A stretch of DNA of 64,000 nucleotides from a virus, in IMG/VR virus record IMGVR_UViG_3300042402_007915, positions 64,001 to 128,000 of that record. One strand, given 5' to 3'. The first letter of the stretch is position 1. Each line of letters begins with the position of its first letter. Positions 61,689-64,000 of the stretch are shown here, in pieces. The notes below the pieces were generated by a model that saw only the letters and a program-made list of their open reading frames with translations, was not told where the DNA came from and did no database searches. The translations under genes and the position numbers were made by a program.

Positions 61689-62072
61689 GACGTCCCGATG
61701 GACGGACGGAGTCTCAAGATTACCGACGTAGCAGAAGGCGATCAAATTGACATCGTTGATGCTCTGGGAAAAGGAGCGCGACATATGCGTTTCTACTTAA
61801 CGGATCCTGCAGACACTATCTCGTATCGTATCAACAGCCGAATCGCTACTTCAGTTAAAGAAGACAAGACTCGTATTGAGCTCAGCTCAGTACATGCTTA
61901 CTTGGGCATCTCAAACAAGGTTGAAATTGTTAATTGGTCTCAGGCTAGCTCTTTCCCTGTATACGAAGAGGAAGGCGAAGCAATTGCGATTGATGACATC
62001 TTGGTCAACTCACTCGAAATTGTATCTTTGTCGCTTAGTACTGGAACAACTTTTGAAATTGTAGTGTGGTAA
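61662..62072 (+). CDS. Hypothetical beta-rich virion protein
   Basis: 136 aa, co-oriented with the fibre genes. Confidence 0.6.
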   Translation: MATYTRISSDVPMDGRSLKITDVAEGDQIDIVDALGKGARHMRFYLTDPADTISYRINSRIATSVKEDKTRIELSSVHAYLGISNKVEIVNWSQASSFPVYEEEGEAIAIDDILVNSLEIVSLSLSTGTTFEIVVW

Positions 62073-62073
62073 A

Positions 62074-62502
62074 ATGGGAGGTCTTGGCTCAGCCTTAGGT
62101 GGCACAAGTGTACGTAGGTACACTGACCCAGGAGCACTTCCTGCTTCTGGTAAATTTGCTGGAGAGGTAGTACAGGTTGGAGATGATGGCGACAGCAAGC
62201 CGGCGCTTTACCAGTGGTCTGGAAGTGAATGGCTTAAGTCAGCAGATCCTGACAACGTTGCGCCGGAAGTAACCTATGCTACTCTCTCGGATCTTTCTTC
62301 TCAGGTAGATGGTACTGAAACTGTATTCGACCTAGGTGCGTCTCCAGTAACAGATACTCTTCTTCTATTTGTGTGTGGTCTTTTGATGAGACCTGGTGTT
62401 GAAGTTGATGGTGGTGATTATACCTTGGCAACTAGGTATGTCACTCTACACGAAGCTCCGGCTAACGGGACTTCTGTTCTTGCGTACTTTGTACGTAATT
62501 AG
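62074..62502 (+). CDS. Small virion/fibre-associated protein
   Basis: DLSSQVDGTETVFDL...FVCGLLM..G.DYT...APANG module common in tail/baseplate proteins. Confidence 0.6.
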   Translation: MGGLGSALGGTSVRRYTDPGALPASGKFAGEVVQVGDDGDSKPALYQWSGSEWLKSADPDNVAPEVTYATLSDLSSQVDGTETVFDLGASPVTDTLLLFVCGLLMRPGVEVDGGDYTLATRYVTLHEAPANGTSVLAYFVRN

Positions 62503-62511
62503 GAGTAAAAA

Positions 62512-63855
62512 ATGGGAACTAAAATTACTTCGCAGTTCATTGCGAACGCTGCTGTCCTCGAGGCTAACATCGCCGATGGTGCTGTTGCTTCGGCTAAGAT
62601 TGCTGCTGGTGCCGTAATTGAGGCTGCCCTTGCCGATAGTGCCGTTGCTACTGCAAAGCTTGCAGATAGCGGAGTCACTTCTGCTAAGCTCGCCGATGGT
62701 GCAGTAACCGCTGCAAAGCTTGGTGCTGATGCTGTTGAAGAGGCCGCTATTGCGGCGGATGCCGTTACTACCAATAAGATCGCTGACGGTGCTGTTACCG
62801 CTGCTAAGCTCGACACCGGTGCCGTTGACACCGCTGCTCTTGCTACTGACGCAGTAACTTCCGACAAGATTGCCGCTGGTGCCGTTGGCGCTGGCAAGAT
62901 CGATGCGGCCGCTGTTGGTACTACTGAGCTTGCTGATGGCTCGGTAACCGCTGAGAAGCTCAGCGGCGACGTGCTCTCTGGTGTTCTCGCCAGCAAGCTC
63001 GTCGGTAAGAGCGTTATGTCTATGCTTGAGACTGCTCCAAACGCTAACTCCGTCAACGTGAAGAGCCTTCTGAGCTTCGACACGGTGGCTGGTGTTGATG
63101 GTGCTGGTGCCGTTAAGGGCAAGGTCGCTCTCCTTGAGGGCACCGACATTAACCTCACCACTCATCAGATGGCTGATGGCAGCACTCAGGTGTTTGGTCG
63201 CGTGAAGATTGCTTCTCTGTCCGGGAGTGAAATCGTGGACGGCGAAGGCAACGAGGTTTGGGGTGTTATCACCTGTTCGGCTCGTACGACCAGTGGTACC
63301 TACCGCCTCCGTTTCTACAGCGGCACTTGGGGTGATGTATGCACTCCCTACACCATGGCCGAAGGCTTCCTGTTCTCTTACAGGGAGATTTTCGACCTTG
63401 ATGACATGCCGACTTGGGGCGACGAGTCTGTCTTCGTCGATAAGGGCGCTGCTGTTCTGGCTCCTGGCCAGGTTGACGCTTCTCTGCTTGCCAGCGATGC
63501 CGTCACCACTGTCAAGATTGCCGATGGTGCAGTTACCGCCGAGAAGCTCGCTAGCGGTCTCATCAGCTCCAGCTCTCTGAGCAGCGCTGTTAAGAACCGT
63601 ATCGGTGGCGGTTGGGACGCTGTTACCAAGTTCCTTGGTGACGGCTCTACGACCACTTTCGACCTCGGTCATGCCGACGTAGACTTTGACGAAGAGGCCG
63701 TTCTTGTTGTAGCCGACGGTGTTGTTCTGGAGCTGTCTGAGGACTTCACGTTCTCTAACAACTCCGGTACCGGTGGTGTTGACCAGATCGTCTTCACAAG
63801 TGCTCTCGCTGCTGACGTGCGTTGCGCAGTTCGTTATCGTAGAACCTCTCTCTAG
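62512..63855 (+). CDS. Fibre/decoration protein with decapeptide (I/L)ADGAVTxxK repeats
   Basis: About 14 tandem 10-aa repeats in the N-terminal region, about 3 more near 63460-63560; C-terminal GDGSTTTFDL...DGV...DFT domain. Confidence 0.75.
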   Translation: MGTKITSQFIANAAVLEANIADGAVASAKIAAGAVIEAALADSAVATAKLADSGVTSAKLADGAVTAAKLGADAVEEAAIAADAVTTNKIADGAVTAAKLDTGAVDTAALATDAVTSDKIAAGAVGAGKIDAAAVGTTELADGSVTAEKLSGDVLSGVLASKLVGKSVMSMLETAPNANSVNVKSLLSFDTVAGVDGAGAVKGKVALLEGTDINLTTHQMADGSTQVFGRVKIASLSGSEIVDGEGNEVWGVITCSARTTSGTYRLRFYSGTWGDVCTPYTMAEGFLFSYREIFDLDDMPTWGDESVFVDKGAAVLAPGQVDASLLASDAVTTVKIADGAVTAEKLASGLISSSSLSSAVKNRIGGGWDAVTKFLGDGSTTTFDLGHADVDFDEEAVLVVADGVVLELSEDFTFSNNSGTGGVDQIVFTSALAADVRCAVRYRRTSL

Positions 63856-63873
63856 TCTTAACTAGTGAGGACT

Positions 63874-63910
63874 GGCCCCCTGGGTTTCCCCAGGGGGCCT
63901 TTGCTTTATC
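63874..63910 (+). terminator. Intrinsic terminator
   Basis: GGCCCCCTGGG-TTTC-CCCAGGGGGCC-TTTGCTTTAT after the stop at 63855. Confidence 0.85.
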
Positions 63911-64000
63911 TAATACTGTTGATTGCAGTAATCATATCAGAAGAGAAATGGAGAGGAGTTGCCCCACGGCCTGGGTTAAGAAACCGCTCGAACAACAAAC

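Larger units (their letters stand above)
1..64000. mobile_element. Fragment of a large myovirus-like bacteriophage genome
   Basis: Baseplate J-like, gp25-like, hub/M23 and fibre genes; phage-type replication genes (DnaE, primase-helicase, ThyX, resolvase); very dense coding in long co-oriented blocks; no housekeeping operons. Confidence 0.93.

Noticed and set aside
61586-61690. 34-codon ORF MMFVSTATLKKSLLARATRSYPW... overlapping the MTase stop
   Set aside because: Too short, spans the repeat and the next gene's start; not supportable as a gene
62446-63672. 408-aa and 220-aa antisense ORFs over the fibre gene
   Set aside because: Shadow frames produced by repetitive, codon-biased Ala/Asp/Gly sequence; no RBS or motifs
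63911-64000. Possible tRNA or new gene at the window end
   Set aside because: No cloverleaf or T-loop consensus; a possible ORF start is truncated and cannot be assessed

Overview
The whole window looks like a gene-dense, standard-code fragment of a large (probably jumbo) contractile-tailed bacteriophage in three blocks. (1) 1-32 kb, + strand: a translationally coupled tail/baseplate operon. It opens with the 3' end of a giant protein carrying two-barrel RNA polymerase beta-prime-like catalytic motifs (RAPAL...ADADGD). A 2968-aa hub/M23-peptidase protein, gp25-like and baseplate-J-like wedge proteins, fibre-like proteins and a possible holin follow. (2) 32-60 kb, - strand: a replication/nucleotide module (PHP-less DnaE, calcineurin-like phosphoesterase, Cas4-like nuclease, primase-helicase, ThyX, ClpP, Holliday junction resolvase, divergent sigma-70-like factor), then an accessory region. 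The accessory region includes a spore-photoproduct-lyase-like radical SAM enzyme and a tandem array of 13 small paralogues sharing a fixed-length N-terminal leader (MKLNLExxxSSIW). (3) 60-64 kb, + strand: a C5 DNA methyltransferase bracketed by imperfect direct repeats, then three virion-type genes. I saw no tRNA, rRNA, CRISPR array, integrase, capsid, terminase or sheath gene. All calls come from reading motifs by eye; no database search was run.
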